Origin: the human T2T-CHM13v2.0 reference genome, Homo sapiens
Reading direction: 5' to 3' (one strand)
Assembly (NCBI RefSeq): GCF_009914755.1
Contig: NC_060937.1
DNA: 64,000 nucleotides
Shown piece by piece: positions 1-13,977 of this stretch (position 1 is the stretch's first letter; each line of letters starts with the position of its first letter). The translations under genes were made by a program, and so were the position numbers. The notes beneath the pieces were generated by a model. That model was given only the letters and a program-made list of their open reading frames with translations. It had not been told where the DNA came from and did no database searches.

Positions 1-3000
1 GCAGTTTCTTCAGTCTTCACCAGGCTTTTGGCAACTGCCCTCCAGATTCCGGCAGAGGTGGTGCTTGCATTCACTACTGGGGGGCCCAATTGTGGAATTG
101 CCCAGCCCAGCTGAACCCAGCTTTGCCTCCACTTTGAGACTGAGTGTGAAACTCAAGTGTATTCCACAGCCTAGCTCATTGTCTGTGACACAGAAGAACT
201 CCTCTTCTACTCTTACCTGTGTCACCTACTTGCCTGGTGGTTGATCTGCACACCCTATAAAAATTACATTGACACAAGTGCATAGCACTTGGGAATAATA
301 TGTCTCTTGTGACCACTGCCACACTGGCTTCACAGGAGACTGGCCTGCTGACACTCCAAGTACATTTCAACTAAAACTGGCATTTGAGAAAGTCAGCACA
401 CTCAAGCTTTCTATAACCAAATAATTGAACACGTGCAGAAACCATTGAACACATGCAGAAACAAACCCAAATGTCCCTGCTCAAGACACATTATAGTCAC
501 ATCCTCAAGAAAAAAGTCCCATCCTAATGAATGTAAATTAAAAAACAAGAAATGACAGTTTCTCCAGATGAGAAAAAATTCAGCATAATAATTATTTATG
601 AAAAAGCAGGGGGTAGCAAAATTCACAATGGATTCTAAGAAAAATGAAAAATTTTAATGCCAGATAAATTCAAAATCATGTTTTAAAGAAGATCAATTAG
701 ATCCAAGAGAAATCAGAAAACCAATTCAAAGACATTAGAAAATTAAACTCAGAATATGAATAAGAAATTAACCAAGGACACAGATATAAAAAAATAGCAC
801 TTCTGGAAATAAAAAATATTGAAGAAAATATACAATACAGTAGAAATCTCCAACAAAGACTGACCAAGCAGAACAATCTCGGAACTTGAAGAAAGGTCTT
901 TTGAATTAATCCAGTAAGACGAAAATTTTAAGAAGAATAAGAAGGAATGAACAAAGTGTTCAATAAAAATGAGACCTACTAAAGTCTTAAAATTTATGAA
1001 TGATTGGTTTTATTGAGGAGAAATAAACAAAATGTTTGAAAAATCTATTTAAGGAAATAATTGGTAAAACCTCCCAAGTCTTGCAAGACATATAGACATC
1101 CATATACAAGAGACCCAACAAACACCAGTAACGTTGGTATCACCATAATACATAGTCATCAGACTGTCTAAAATAATGTGAAGAAAGAAAATACTACAAT
1201 CAGCAAGAGAAAATTGTCTATCCACCTAAAAGGAAACTCCATCAGACTCATAATGGATTTCTCAGAAGAAACCTTCCAAATGATTGTGAACCTATTTTTA
1301 GGGTGCTTAAATTAAAAAATGTCAACCATAAAATATATATCCTGCTAAAATAATTTTTACAAATGAAGGCACAACAAAGTGTTTCCTAGACAAACTCTGA
1401 AGGAATTTGTCATCACTAGATCAGCTGTACCAGAAATGCTTCAATTTTGGAATTCTAAACATAGAAACAAAAGATAAATACTCACTATTATAAAAATACG
1501 TGAAAGTGCAAAACTCACAGATCTTATAAAATAATAACATAAGGAGAAAGAGAGAAAGAAATTAAATGGCAACACAACAGTACTCCACCAAACCACAAAG
1601 ACAGACAGACAGGAGATATAAAAGAAAAAAGATAACCCACAAAATGACAGATAAAAATGAACATTATGAAAAGAACAACTCTTACATGTTGATATTAACT
1701 TTTACTATAAATAGATTAAATGCTACACATAAAAACATGTAGTGTGCAGACTGGGTTTAAAAAAATAATAACAATCCAACAATTTGCTGCTTACAAGAAA
1801 TTCACCTTACTGGTAAACACACTTATAGACGGAAGGTAAAGAGGTGAGAAAATATTCTACACAAACGCAAACCAAAAGCAAGCAGGAGTAGCTCAACGTA
1901 CATCAGATAAAACAAACTTTAAACCAAAAACAGTGAAAGAAATACAAAGAAAGTCCTTATAGACTGAAAGAAGGATCAACTTAGGAAGAGGATATAATAA
2001 TTTTAAATATATATTCACCCAACACCAGAGCACTCAGATTAATCAAACAAATATTACTAGACCTAAAGGAAGATATATACAACAATTAAATAATAGTGAG
2101 GTTTTGACATCCCACTCACAGCACTAGAGAGATTATTGAGACAGAAAAAGTTCAAGGAAACACGGGAATTAAGTTGGATTTTAGAACAAATAGACCTAAT
2201 AGATATTTACAAACTGCTCTAAACAACTTCAGAATATATATTCTTCTCATTAGCACAAGAAACATTCTCTAAGATGGATCATATGTTAGGCCATAAAACT
2301 AACATGTCAATACATTTTTTAATTCAAAATTATATCTTCACAGACCACAGTGGAAGAAAAGTATAAATTAATACCAAGAGAAATACTCAAAGCCATGCAA
2401 AAACATAAAAATTAAACATCACACTCCTAACTCTTTGAAATGAATAAAAATGGGAATACAACATACAGAAACCTCCAGGTTACAAAAAAAAGCAACCCCA
2501 AGTAAAAAGTATATAGCATTAAATGAACTTTAAGAAGATTGAAAGGTCTTAAATTAACTGAACATCACACATCAAATTATAAAACAAACTCAAAGCTTGA
2601 AAAATTAAAGAACAACAAGCATCAGAGAAAAACTAAATAAAATTGCAACAAAAAATGCAAATAATTTAAAAATTAATTTTTAAATTGGTAGCTAGACTAA
2701 CCAAGAAAGGAAAAGCTCAAAATAAACATAGTAAAAAATAAAAGGGAAACCGTTATAATTAATATCACAAAAATGCAAAAGATCACTAGAGAATGCTATG
2801 AACAACTCTGCATTCACAAACTTGAAAACCCAGAGAAAAGTAGTAAGTTCCTGGAAACATACACCTTCCCATAATTGAAACAGGAAGAAATCAAAAGGGA
2901 CCAATAATGAGTAGTGGGATTGAATCAGCAATAAGAAAACTTCCAAATTAAAATAAGCCTACAGCCAAACAGATTCAGAGCCAAATTCTACCAAATGTAC

Positions 3001-4475
3001 AAAGGATAACTTGCATGAATCCTATAGAAAGCATTCCAAAAAATTACAGAGGAAGGAATCCTCCATAATACATTCTACAAAGCCAGTATCATTTTGATAC
3101 CAAAGCCATACAAGGACACAACAAAAGAGAAAATTACAGACCAACATATTTAATAAACAGATGTAAAAATTCTCAACTAGAAAACTGGATCCAACAGCAC
3201 ATCAAAACAATAATACACCACAATCAAGTGGGCTTTTTTCCAGGTATGCAAGGATGGTTCAACATATGCAAATCAATATCATTCATCACCTAAACAGAAT
3301 TAAAGACAAAAACCATAATTATCTCAACAGTTAGAGATAAGCATTCAACAAAAGTCAGCATCCCTTAATAATAAAAATCCTCAATAACCTAGGTATAGAG
3401 AGAAGAAAACTGAAAACAATAAGGCTCATATACAACAAACTCATCGCCAACACCATACTGAAGAGGAAAGTGTTGAAAGCAATCACCGTAAGAACTGGAA
3501 TAGAACAAGGATACCCACTTTCACCACTAGTATTGGAAGTCCTAGCCAGAGAAATCAGGCAAGAAATTAAAGGCATCTGAATGAAAAAGGGAAGGTCAAA
3601 TTATTTCTGTTCACTGACTGTATGATCTTATACCTAGAAATCCCTAAAGACTCTTTCAAAAAAACTCTTAGAATTGATAAAAAAAAAAAAAAAATTCGGG
3701 AAAGTTTCAGCATACAAAATCAACATACAAAACTTAGTGGCATTTCTACACACCATAGCAATCAAGCTTAGAAAAAAATCAGGAATACATTCCCACTTAC
3801 AATAGTTACAAAAAAAGCCTAAGAGAATATTTAACCAAGGAGGTAAAAGACCTCTAAAAAGAAAAGCATAAAACACTAATAAAAAAATTGTGGATGACAC
3901 AAAGAAATGGAAAAGCATCCTGTGATCAGGGATTGGAAGAACCAATATCATTAAGATAACCTAAGTATCCATCAACAGATCAATGGATGAAGTAAATGTA
4001 TTATGTGTAAATACACAATATACACACATATATAGACACAATCTACACACACACATATATATCCAATGGATTATACACTATATATATCTATATTAACCTA
4101 CATATATACACACACACAATGGGAATATTATTCAGCCATATAAAGGAATGAAATCATATCTTTTGCATCAACATGGAAACCGTTATATTGAGTGAAACAA
4201 CTCAGAATCAGAAAATCAAATATCACATGTTCTCAGTTATAAATGAGAGCAAAATAAATTATATACATGGACATAGGGTGTGGGATAATAATCACTGGAT
4301 ATTCTAAAGTGTGGGAGGGTCAGAGTGGGAGTGAGCTATGAGAAATTACTTAATAAATATGAAGTACACCATTCAGGTGATGGTTACATTAAAACCCAGA
4401 CTTTATCACCATGTAATATATCCATACACAAAATTGCACTTGTGCCTCCTTAATTTATACAAATGAAAAATGCAA
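1..4475 (+). mobile_element. Old L1 (L1PB3/4-like 3' end): 5'UTR, decayed ORF1 and ORF2, internal deletion near 3955
   Basis: ORF1-like A-rich region ~520-1480. EN/RT-like ORF2 remnants ~1650-3950 (e.g. ttatttctgttcactgactgtatg at the FADD region). L1PB-type 3'UTR ending in an A-rich tail at ~4465. Confidence 0.9.
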
Positions 4476-4682
4476 AAAGACTATATTGCTTAATCAGAGT
4501 GGATGAACTAGATAGATTTTCCCCTAAGTATAAAATAAATTCACCATTAGCATTAAACTTTTTTGTCATTCATAGATAATATATTGTTGTCTTCTAACAA
4601 TAAAGAGTTTATGGGCAATATCATGATCATTATTATTTAGAAGATTCCAAAGTAAAATAAAAATAACTTATTTCATACCTAA

Positions 4683-4683
<1 letters not shown>

Positions 4684-4712
<29 letters not shown>
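4684..4712. repeat. (TG)n microsatellite
   Basis: Direct reading. Confidence 0.97.
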
Positions 4713-4715
<3 letters not shown>

Positions 4716-5056
4716 GAAGTCCCCTTAATTTGCAGTTTCACTTTCGACAGGCTAAGTAACACATGATCAACTTCAGTCTTAAAATATTAAATAGATAGTT
4801 TTCAGAAATGTTGTAAGTTCTTAACTGCCCTTTGTTCTGTGTAGCATGATCCTACGTCATAGGAACTGGATGTGAATAATCCCTTTGTCCAGCATATCCA
4901 CACTATATATGCTACCTGCCCCTTAGTCACTGAGTAGCCATGTCAGTTAATAGATTGAAAAATCATGGTCTACCTAGGATGCAGTACTATTCACAGTTTT
5001 AGGCACCCACTGTGGGTCTTCGAGTGTATCCTTCACAGACAAGGGGGTTGACTGTA
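4712..5056 (+). mobile_element. MER44A-like Tigger7-derived MITE (TcMar-Tigger)
   Basis: Degenerate TIRs (agaagtccccttaat... / ...caagggggttgactg-ta) and the internal motif ggatgtgaataatccctttgtccagcatatccacac. Confidence 0.8.
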
Positions 5057-5383
5057 GTCTCTTTTTGTGTGTAACTGAGCTGTAAAGGAGTAATTAAAAT
5101 AACCTCAATATTTCCTTGGAAAATTATTTGAGTTGGTGTCCAGCTTCCCTCATTTTAAGAAAAGAGGTTCAGCCCAGGATCAGGGCATTAACAATAATGA
5201 TGAGATACTGGGGTCACAGAAGTGCATTACACCTTCTTTGGAATAATTTTTTCACTACAGGCCTATACTTAAAATATATAAAACTGAACCCCTCATGAAA
5301 TATTCAGCAGACTGGATCTACATGTTTCCTTAAAAGTTATATATGATTTATATAATAAAATAATAAAGACTAATACTCAGTAT

Positions 5384-5770
5384 TGTATTAGTCTGTTTTC
5401 ACATTGCTATAAAGAGTATCCAAGACTGGGTAATTGATAAAGGAAACAGGTTTAATTGACTCACAGTTCCTCATCATTTGGGAGGCCTCAGGAAACTTAC
5501 AATTATGGCTGAAGGCGAAGAGGAAGCAAACACCTTCTTCAAAAGGCAAGAGGAGAGAGAAAAGTGAGGGAGGAACTTCCAAACACTTATAAAACCAGCC
5601 AATCTCATGAGAACTCACTCACTATCATGAGAACAGCATGGGGGAAACCACCCCCATTATCCAATGACCTCCCTCCCTGGAAATGTGGAGATTACAGGTC
5701 CCTCCCTCAACACATGGGAATTACAATTTGAGATGGGATTTGGGTGGGGAAACAGAGCCAAACCACATCA
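5384..5770 (-). mobile_element. THE1 (THE1D-like) MaLR solo LTR
   Basis: Runs from tgtattagtctgttttcacattgctataaag to gggaaacagagccaaaccacatca, the reverse complement of a THE1 LTR. Confidence 0.88.
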
Positions 5771-6254
5771 GTAAAACCATATTAGTAAATGTGCTGAAAA
5801 ATTTCAAATGCAAACATTATATATATTCTTACATAAATACTCTGATTTCTGTTTGGCAGTTAGTCCTGAATGACAGGATTTAACTTCACAAATTATTTGA
5901 ATAATATGACATTAATAGAATCAATTCCTTACACGTGTTTTATAATATATGTTTGTGTCTTGAGGCAATTGACTGAATTTACAAAATCTCAAATGTATCT
6001 GTGTCTGTAATTATTCATAAATTACTAACCCTGAACCACTGTATGATTTATGTTTTCAAGGCATAATTATATACTTATTATTTAATATATTAATTAACTA
6101 ACATCTATTAAATAGCCCTATGAGATATGACCCACATATTCAGGATTTCTTAGAGAATCTCATTGAAGACTTAGGGTGCAAGAGAATCTTAAGTCATCAA
6201 AGAAATTTCAAGTTAATATAAAATAAAATGAAAAAAGAAGGGGAAGTTAAATAA

Positions 6255-6475
6255 ATCAATACTTATTGAATGCATGCTGTATGTAAGTTATTTGCATATA
6301 TAATCTGATATATCCTTTACAAGCTACAAATTTGATATTTTATAAGTAAGGAGATTGATTTTGATGAGATTATGTGATTTTCGGAAAATAAAGCAACTAG
6401 TAAGTGTAGAAGTAGGAATCTGAGCTCCGATCTATTTGATTCTAATACACTTGTGCTTGCCACTGAATTGTGCTA
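6255..6475 (-). mobile_element. MIR SINE remnant
   Basis: Core-like tttataagtaaggagattga...gcaactagtaagtgtagaagtaggaatctgagctc. Confidence 0.6.
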
Positions 6476-7238
6476 CCCATCAGTTAGATACTCTGAAGTT
6501 TTTGAGTTTCAAGAATTCCACAACTAATGATGAATGGTAGCAATATTTCAACCAACTAGTACTACTATGATTTCAGTTTATTTCTTTCTTATTCTTTTAC
6601 TTTGGAAAAAATGTTTAAAGACAAATTATGATACCAATAATAGAACTTTCATTTAAATAGAAAATTTTCGAGTAAACCAACTTTATGTTCATACATGGGA
6701 CTTTATTAAAATTTTCCCCATGTATTTTCTGATTACACAGAGCAATAGAGTGAAACAACTTCCGTAAAATTGTACTATATGAAATTATTATTTTGAAGAT
6801 CAAAACTAAAATACAGACAATTTTATATTGTTCAAAGTAACATAATTTTCTTTATATAAAAAGCAAAGGAGACTCATAATCATCAGTGAGTTTATCAAGT
6901 TCACACATGTAGGGAACAGTAGATCTGGAATCCACGACTTTTGAATGTCAAGTTGAATGCAATTTTCAGTGAATTAAGGATGTCTTTAGTGATGATAGGT
7001 GTTTCTGAAGATGAAACAGGAAAGGCAACCAAACAATATTTTCAGTGCAATTCATGCCTACTGTTTCATCTTTGATCGACTATAAAATTGTTCTTCTCAT
7101 GGATCTGCTAGACACTTGGTTTGAGTTGTTGGAAACAGTTAAGAATGTAGAAATAACAGTAAAAATTGAAGCAGACAGGTTACTGGCTGAAATAGAATTT
7201 GTGGTATTGTTCAGTTTTATTTTAATATATCAGCAGTA

Positions 7239-7460
7239 TATTTACCACATAAAGTCTATGCCTTGAAAATATAGTTTTTAAACTTGCCATACACAGGTAT
7301 GATATTAGAAGCCATTTAATGTTGTCTTTGAATTCTCCCATATTTCACCAAAAATATTTGGCACATGAAATCTATGCTTTAAAAATAATTTTTAAACTTG
7401 ACATACAAAGGAATGATATTAAAAGCCATTCAATGTTGTATTTGAATTCTTTCAAACATT
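7239..7460. repeat. Degenerate two-copy tandem duplication, period ~114 bp
   Basis: aacttgccatacacaggtatgatattagaagccatttaatgttgtctttgaattct (7281) versus aacttgacatacaaaggaatgatattaaaagccattcaatgttgtatttgaattct (7395). Confidence 0.85.
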
Positions 7461-10342
7461 ACAACTAAAGCACCCTCTTTCAAGTTACAACTTTTGTAGT
7501 GGTATACTCCATATATTCCCTTGAAATGAATGTCTAATTATAATTAAGAAGTAATAAACATTTATCCACAGTGTATTTTCACATGCTCTAAATTATGAAC
7601 AGAATTATTTGTCCTTGCATGTATTCTGTATATGTATTCTGTTAATATTGAGTTGAATGACTGAATTAAATATAACCTCTATATACTTATGTTAGAATTA
7701 CATATAAGGCAATAATTATTTTTATTTCAATAGGTTTTGGGGTGCAGTTGCTTTTGGTTACATGGATAAATTCTTTAGTGGTGATTTATAAGGTTTTAGT
7801 GTACCTGTCACCCAAGAAGTGTACACTGTACCTAATATGTAGTCTTTTATCCCTCACCTCCCTCCCAACATCCCCCAGCAGGTCTCCAAAGTCCATTATA
7901 TCATTCTTATGCTTTTGCATCCTCAGAACTTAACTCCCACTTATAAGTGAGAACATATGACACTTTGTTTTCCATTCCTGAGTTACTTCACTTAGAATGA
8001 TAGCCTCCAGCTCCATCCAAATTGCTGCAAAAGACATTATTCTGTTCCTTTTATGACTGAGTAGTATTCCATGGTATATATAAATACCAAATTTTCCTTA
8101 TCCACTCTTTGGTTGATGGGCACTTAAATTGGTTCAATATCTTTGCAATTCCTAATTTTGCTGCTGTAAACATGCCTGTGTAAGTGTCTTTTCTCATATA
8201 ATGATTTCATTTCTTTTAGGTAGATACCCAGTAGAGGGATTGCTAGATTGAATGGTATTTCCAGTTTTAGTTACTTAAGGGATCTCCATAATGTTTTCCA
8301 TAGTGGTTGTGCTAATTTACATTTTCATCAGCCGTGTAAAAGTGTTCCCTTTTCACCACATCTATGCCAATATCTATTGTTTTTTGACTTTTTAATTATG
8401 GCTGTTCTTGCAGGAGTAAGGTGGAATCTCATTTTGGTTTTGATTTTCATTTCCCTGATCAGTGATGTTAAGCAGTTTTTACATGTTTGTTAGCTGTTTG
8501 TATATATTCTTTGCAAAAATGTCTGTTCATGTCCCTTACCCATTTTTTGATGGAATTGTTTTTCTTGCTGATTTGTTTCAGTTCCTTGTCAATTCTGGAT
8601 ATTAGACCTTCGTTGGATGCATAGTTTGCAAATATTATCTCCCACTCTGTGAGTTGTCTCTCTACCCTGCTGATTATTTATTTTGCTGTGCAGAATATTT
8701 TAGTTTAATTAGGTCCCAGTTATTTATTTTTGTTTTGTTGCATTTGCATTCGGGGTCTTAGTCATGAATGCGTTGCCTAAGCCAATGTCCAGAAGAGTTT
8801 TTCCAATGTTATCTTCTACAATTTTTATGGTGTTAGGTTTTAGATTTAAGCCTTTGATCCATCTTTAGTTGACTTTTGTGTAAGGTGAAACATGGGGATT
8901 CAATTACATTCTTCTACATGTGGCTTGCCGGTTTTCCCAGTACCATTTAATAAATAGGGTATCCTTTCCCCAATTTATGTTTTTGTATGCTTCATCAAAG
9001 ATCAGTTGGCTGTTAAGTGTTTGGCTTTATTTCTGGTTTGTCTATGCTGTTCCATTGGTCTATGTGCTTATTTTTATATAAAAACCATGCTGTTTTGGTA
9101 ACTATAGCCTTGTAGTATAACTTGAAATCAGATAATGTGATGTCTCCAGATTTGTTCTCTTTGCTTAGTATTGCTTTGGCTATGCAGGCTCTTTTTTGGT
9201 TCTATGAATTTTAGGATTTTTTTTCTAGCTCTGTGAAGAGCGATGATGGTATTTTAATGCAAATTGCATTAAATCTGTAGATTGCTTTTGGCAGTATGGT
9301 CGTTTTCACAATATTGATTCTTCCCATCCCTGAGCATGGGATCTTTTCATTTGTTGTGTTATCTATAATTTCTTTCAGCAGTGTTGTGTAGTTTTTCTTG
9401 TAGAGATCTTTTACCTCCTTAGTTAAGGTTAAGTATATTTCTAACTATGTTATTTTATTGCAGCTGTTGTAAAAGGAATTGAGTTCTTAATTTGATTCTC
9501 ATCTTGGTTGTCATTGATGTACAGCAGAGCTACTGATTTGTGTCCATTGATTTTTTTATCGTTAGACTTTACTAAATTCATGTATCAGATCTAGAAATGT
9601 TTTGGCTGAGTTTTCAGGGTTTCTAGGTGTATGATCACGTCCTTGATGAACAGCAAGAATTTGACTTCCTATTTTCCAATTTGGATGTCCTTTATCTATT
9701 TTCCTTGTCTGATTGCTCTGGCTAGGACTTCCAGTATTATATTGAATGGAAGTGGTGAAAGTAGGTATCCCAATCTTGTTCCAGTTCTCAGAGGAAATGC
9801 TTTCAACTTTTCCCCGTTTAGTATGATGTTGGCTGTGGGTTTGTCATATACGGGTTTTATTACAAAAAGTTTTATTACAAAATAAGTCCCTCGTATGCCT
9901 ACTTTGTTGAGGGTTGTTATCATGAAGGACTACTGAATTTTACCAAATGCTTTTTCTACATCTATTGACATAATCATATGGTTTTTGTTTTTAATTCTGT
10001 TTATTGACTTGTGTATGTTACACCATCCCTGCATCCTTGGGATGAAATCCAGTTGTTCATCATGTATTATCTTTTTGATATGCTGTTGAATTTCATTACC
10101 TAGTATTTCGTTGAGGACTTTTGCATTGAAGTTCATTAGGAATATTGGTCCTTTTTTTATTATGTCCTTTCCTGGTTTTGGTGTTAGGGTGATACTGGCT
10201 TCATAGAATGAGGTAGGGAGAATTCTCTTTCTCTGTCTTTTTAAATAGTTTCAGTAAGATTGGTACCAATTTTTCTTTGAATGTCTTACAGAATTCAGCT
10301 GTGAATCCATCTGGTCCAAGAATTTTTTTGTTGACAATTTTT

Positions 10343-10642
<300 letters not shown>

Positions 10643-11672
10643 GATAATTTTTCTGTAGCTAATTCAATCCCACTGTTATTGGTCTGTTCAGGGTATCTAT
10701 TTCTTCCCTATTTAATGTAGGAGGATTATATATTGCCAGGAATTTATCTGTTTACTCTAGATTTTCTAGTTTGTGAATGTAAAGGTATTCATAGTTGCCT
10801 TGAACAATCCTTTGTATTTCTGTGACTTGTAATATCCCCAGTTTCAAGTCTAATTAGCTTATTTGGAACCTCTCTCTCACTCTCTTGGTTAATCTCACTA
10901 ATGGCCTGTCAATTTTGTTTATCTTTTCAAAGAATCACCTTTCTGTTTTATCTTTTGTAATTTTTTTTGTTTCAATTTCATTTAGCTCTGCACTGATCTT
11001 TGTTATTTCTTTTCTTCTGCTCAGTTTGGGTTTAGTTTATTCTTGTTTCCCTAGTTCCTTCCAGCTTGTATGGTTTTGCCTGAGAAATCTGCTGTTAGTC
11101 TTATAGGTTTTCCTTTAAAGGTTACCTAATGCTTTTGTCTCACAGCTTTAAAATTATTTCCTTTGTTTAGCCTTTAGATAGCCTGATGACTATGAACCTT
11201 GGTGATGATCTTTTTGCAATGAATTTTCCAGTTCTTCGAACTTCTTGTATTTGAATATCTAGATCTTTAGCAAGACCAGGGAGATTTTCTTCAATTATTT
11301 CATCATATAAGTTTTCCAAACTTTTAGACTTCTCTTCTCCCCCAGAAACACCAATTATTCTTATGTATGGCCATTTTACATAATTCCATAATTTTTGGAG
11401 ACTTTGTTCATTTCTTTTGGTTCTTTTTCTTTATCTCTTTCTGATTGTGTTAGTTCAAAAGTCTTGTTTTGAGCTCTGAAATTGTTTCCTCTACTCGTTA
11501 TAGTCTATTTTAACTTTCCACTGCATTTTCTATTTCCCTATGTGTGTATTTAATTTCCAGATGTTCTGATTGGTTTTTCTTTATAATATCTATCTCCCAG
11601 GAAAAATTTTCATTCATATCCTAGATTTTTTTCTCTGGTATCTCCTTGAGTAACTTAATAATCAACCTTCTG

Positions 11673-11968
11673 AGCCCGGCCATGGTGGCTAGCACCTGTA
11701 ATCCCAGCACTTTGGAAGGCTGAGGTGGGTGAATTGCATGAGGTCAGGAGTTTGAGACCAGCCTGGCCAATATGGCAAAACCCCATCTCTACTAAAAATA
11801 CAAAAATTAGCCAGCCGTGCTGGCAGGTGCCTGTAATCCCAGCTACTCACGAGGCTGAGGCAGGAGAATCACTTGAACCTGGGAGGCAGAGGACACAGTG
11901 AGCCAAGGTTGCATCACTGCACTCCGGCGTGGGCACCAGAGTAAGACATTGTCTCCAAAAAAGAAGAA
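11673..11968 (+). mobile_element. AluS (Sx/Sz-like)
   Basis: Dimeric Alu; TSD aatcaaccttctga on both sides. Confidence 0.95.
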
Positions 11969-13381
11969 AATCAACCTTCTGAATTATTTGTTTTTCATTT
12001 TAAAGATTTCATCTTGGCTTGGATCCATTGCTGGGTAGCTAGTGTGATCTTTTTTTGGTGTTATGGAACCTTGTTTTTCATATTACTAGAATTACTTTTC
12101 TGATTTCTTGTCATTTGGGTAGACTATCTCTTCAAATTGTTCTGGAAGTTATTTTTGATTGAACTGTGTTTCTTTTTAATTTCTTTTCTTTTCCCCTCTT
12201 AAGGACCAGACTTTAATGTTTATAGTTTATTATAGTTTAATTTGATTCTTGATGATTTTAGAGGTATAGATTCTGTATGAGTTTCTTAGATATAGTAAGT
12301 CTTTGTGCACCGGTTTCCCAAATGCTGGTTGTAGTAGTCATGTACTTGGAGTATGGGCAAGTTCACTGTCCCCTATGGGGTTGGAATGGCAGTGATCTCT
12401 TAAATCTTATTGCATTTTTTCATAGTGTATACTATTTATTTATTTGTTTGTTTGTTTATTTATTTTTCCCCAGTTATTTCATTTACTGAGTTGGTGATTC
12501 AGGCTTCAGGCCAATAGAGGAGGCACCCCTATGTAAAAACTGGTTGTAGCTAAAGCAGGTGGATAGGTGTAATATCCAATTGTGGGCAGCGGTCTCAGCC
12601 TTGATCAAGGTGGATGGGGGAGCTCTCAATTATATGTGCTGAGGTTTTATAAGAGTGAAGAGAGGGAGCCACATCAGCTTCCTTTCCAGGCTAGCAGGAA
12701 AGCTATCTACCTCACAGCCTCACTCCTGTCCCAGTGTTCAGGCTATTACGGTCAGACAGGCACTTTTTTTTTTTTTTTTTTTTTAAACTGTAAGAATGTT
12801 GACATTCCAAGTAAGGAGGAATTGTGACTCTGCCTCTCGTGTGAGCCTGAATCTGGAGAGCACCCCTCCTGTGGGTCTGCAATCACCCTGAATTGTTCCA
12901 GGAAGGCTGTCTATATGTGTATCCATGCTGTGTTCCTGTGGGAGAAGCCCCAGCTGTGCTGCAGTGGTTTGCAAGGGGAAAACTAGGGCCCCTTATCTAA
13001 GACCCTTTATGATTACAGAGACTGCCTGCCTGTTGGGGTAGGTGTGCAGATTGTCCCTACTGTGCCTAGCACTGCAATTATGTGTCTGTGGTGAGAAAAT
13101 TCCCACAAGTGGCAAGATCTTGGACTCACAGCCTGCTGTTCAGATTCTTTTGTCCTTTAAGGGGTTCCCTTAATGTGGCATTCTCTTCTACCCTAGAAAT
13201 GGGACATCTTCAGAACTGGACTACAGTGATTATTATTGCTCTTCTAGGTATAGCCACCCAGTGGGGCTACCAGACTCTGGGTTGATGCTAGGTAATGTCT
13301 GCAAGCAATAACTATGATTAACATAATTAAACTTATTAACTAAATTAAAACATGTCTGATTTATTTAGAAAAATAAAAGTT

Positions 13382-13660
13382 GGCTGGGTGTGGAGGCTCA
13401 TGCCTGTAATCCCAGTATTTTGTGAAGCTGAAGTGGGAAGATAACAGCTTGAGGCCAAGAGTTCAATACTAGTCTAGGCAACATAGCAAGACCTTGTATC
13501 TATCTTTGAAAAAGAAAATTTGCTGGGCAAGGTGGTGCCTGAAGTCCTGACTACTTAGAGGCTGAGTTGGGAGGGTCAGTGGAGCCCAGGATTTTGCGGC
13601 TACAGTGAGTCATGATTGTGCCACTGCATTTCATCCTGGGGGATGGAGACCTTGGCTCAA
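13382..13660 (+). mobile_element. AluJ
   Basis: Diverged dimer with J-type features (ggcaacatagcaagacc, gagcccagga). Confidence 0.85.
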
Positions 13661-13848
13661 ACAGAGAGAGAGAGAGAGAGAGAGAAAGAAAGAAAGAGAA
13701 AGAAAGAAGAAAAAGAAAGAAAGAAGAAAGAAAAGAAAAGAAAGAAAAAAGAAAGAAGAAAGGATAGAAAGAAGGAAAAGAAGAAAGGAAGAGGGAGGAA
13801 AGGAAGGAAGGATGGGAGGAAGGGAGGAAGGAAGGGAGGGAAAGAAAT

Positions 13849-13920
<72 letters not shown>

Positions 13921-13977
13921 GAAGAAAGAAAGAGAAGAAAGAAAGAGAAAGAAAAAGAAGAAAGAAAGAAAGAGAAA
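13661..13977. repeat. Compound purine microsatellite (GA)n/(GAAA)n/(GGAA)n grown from the Alu tail
   Basis: Direct reading; ~315 bp almost purely A/G. Confidence 0.97.
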
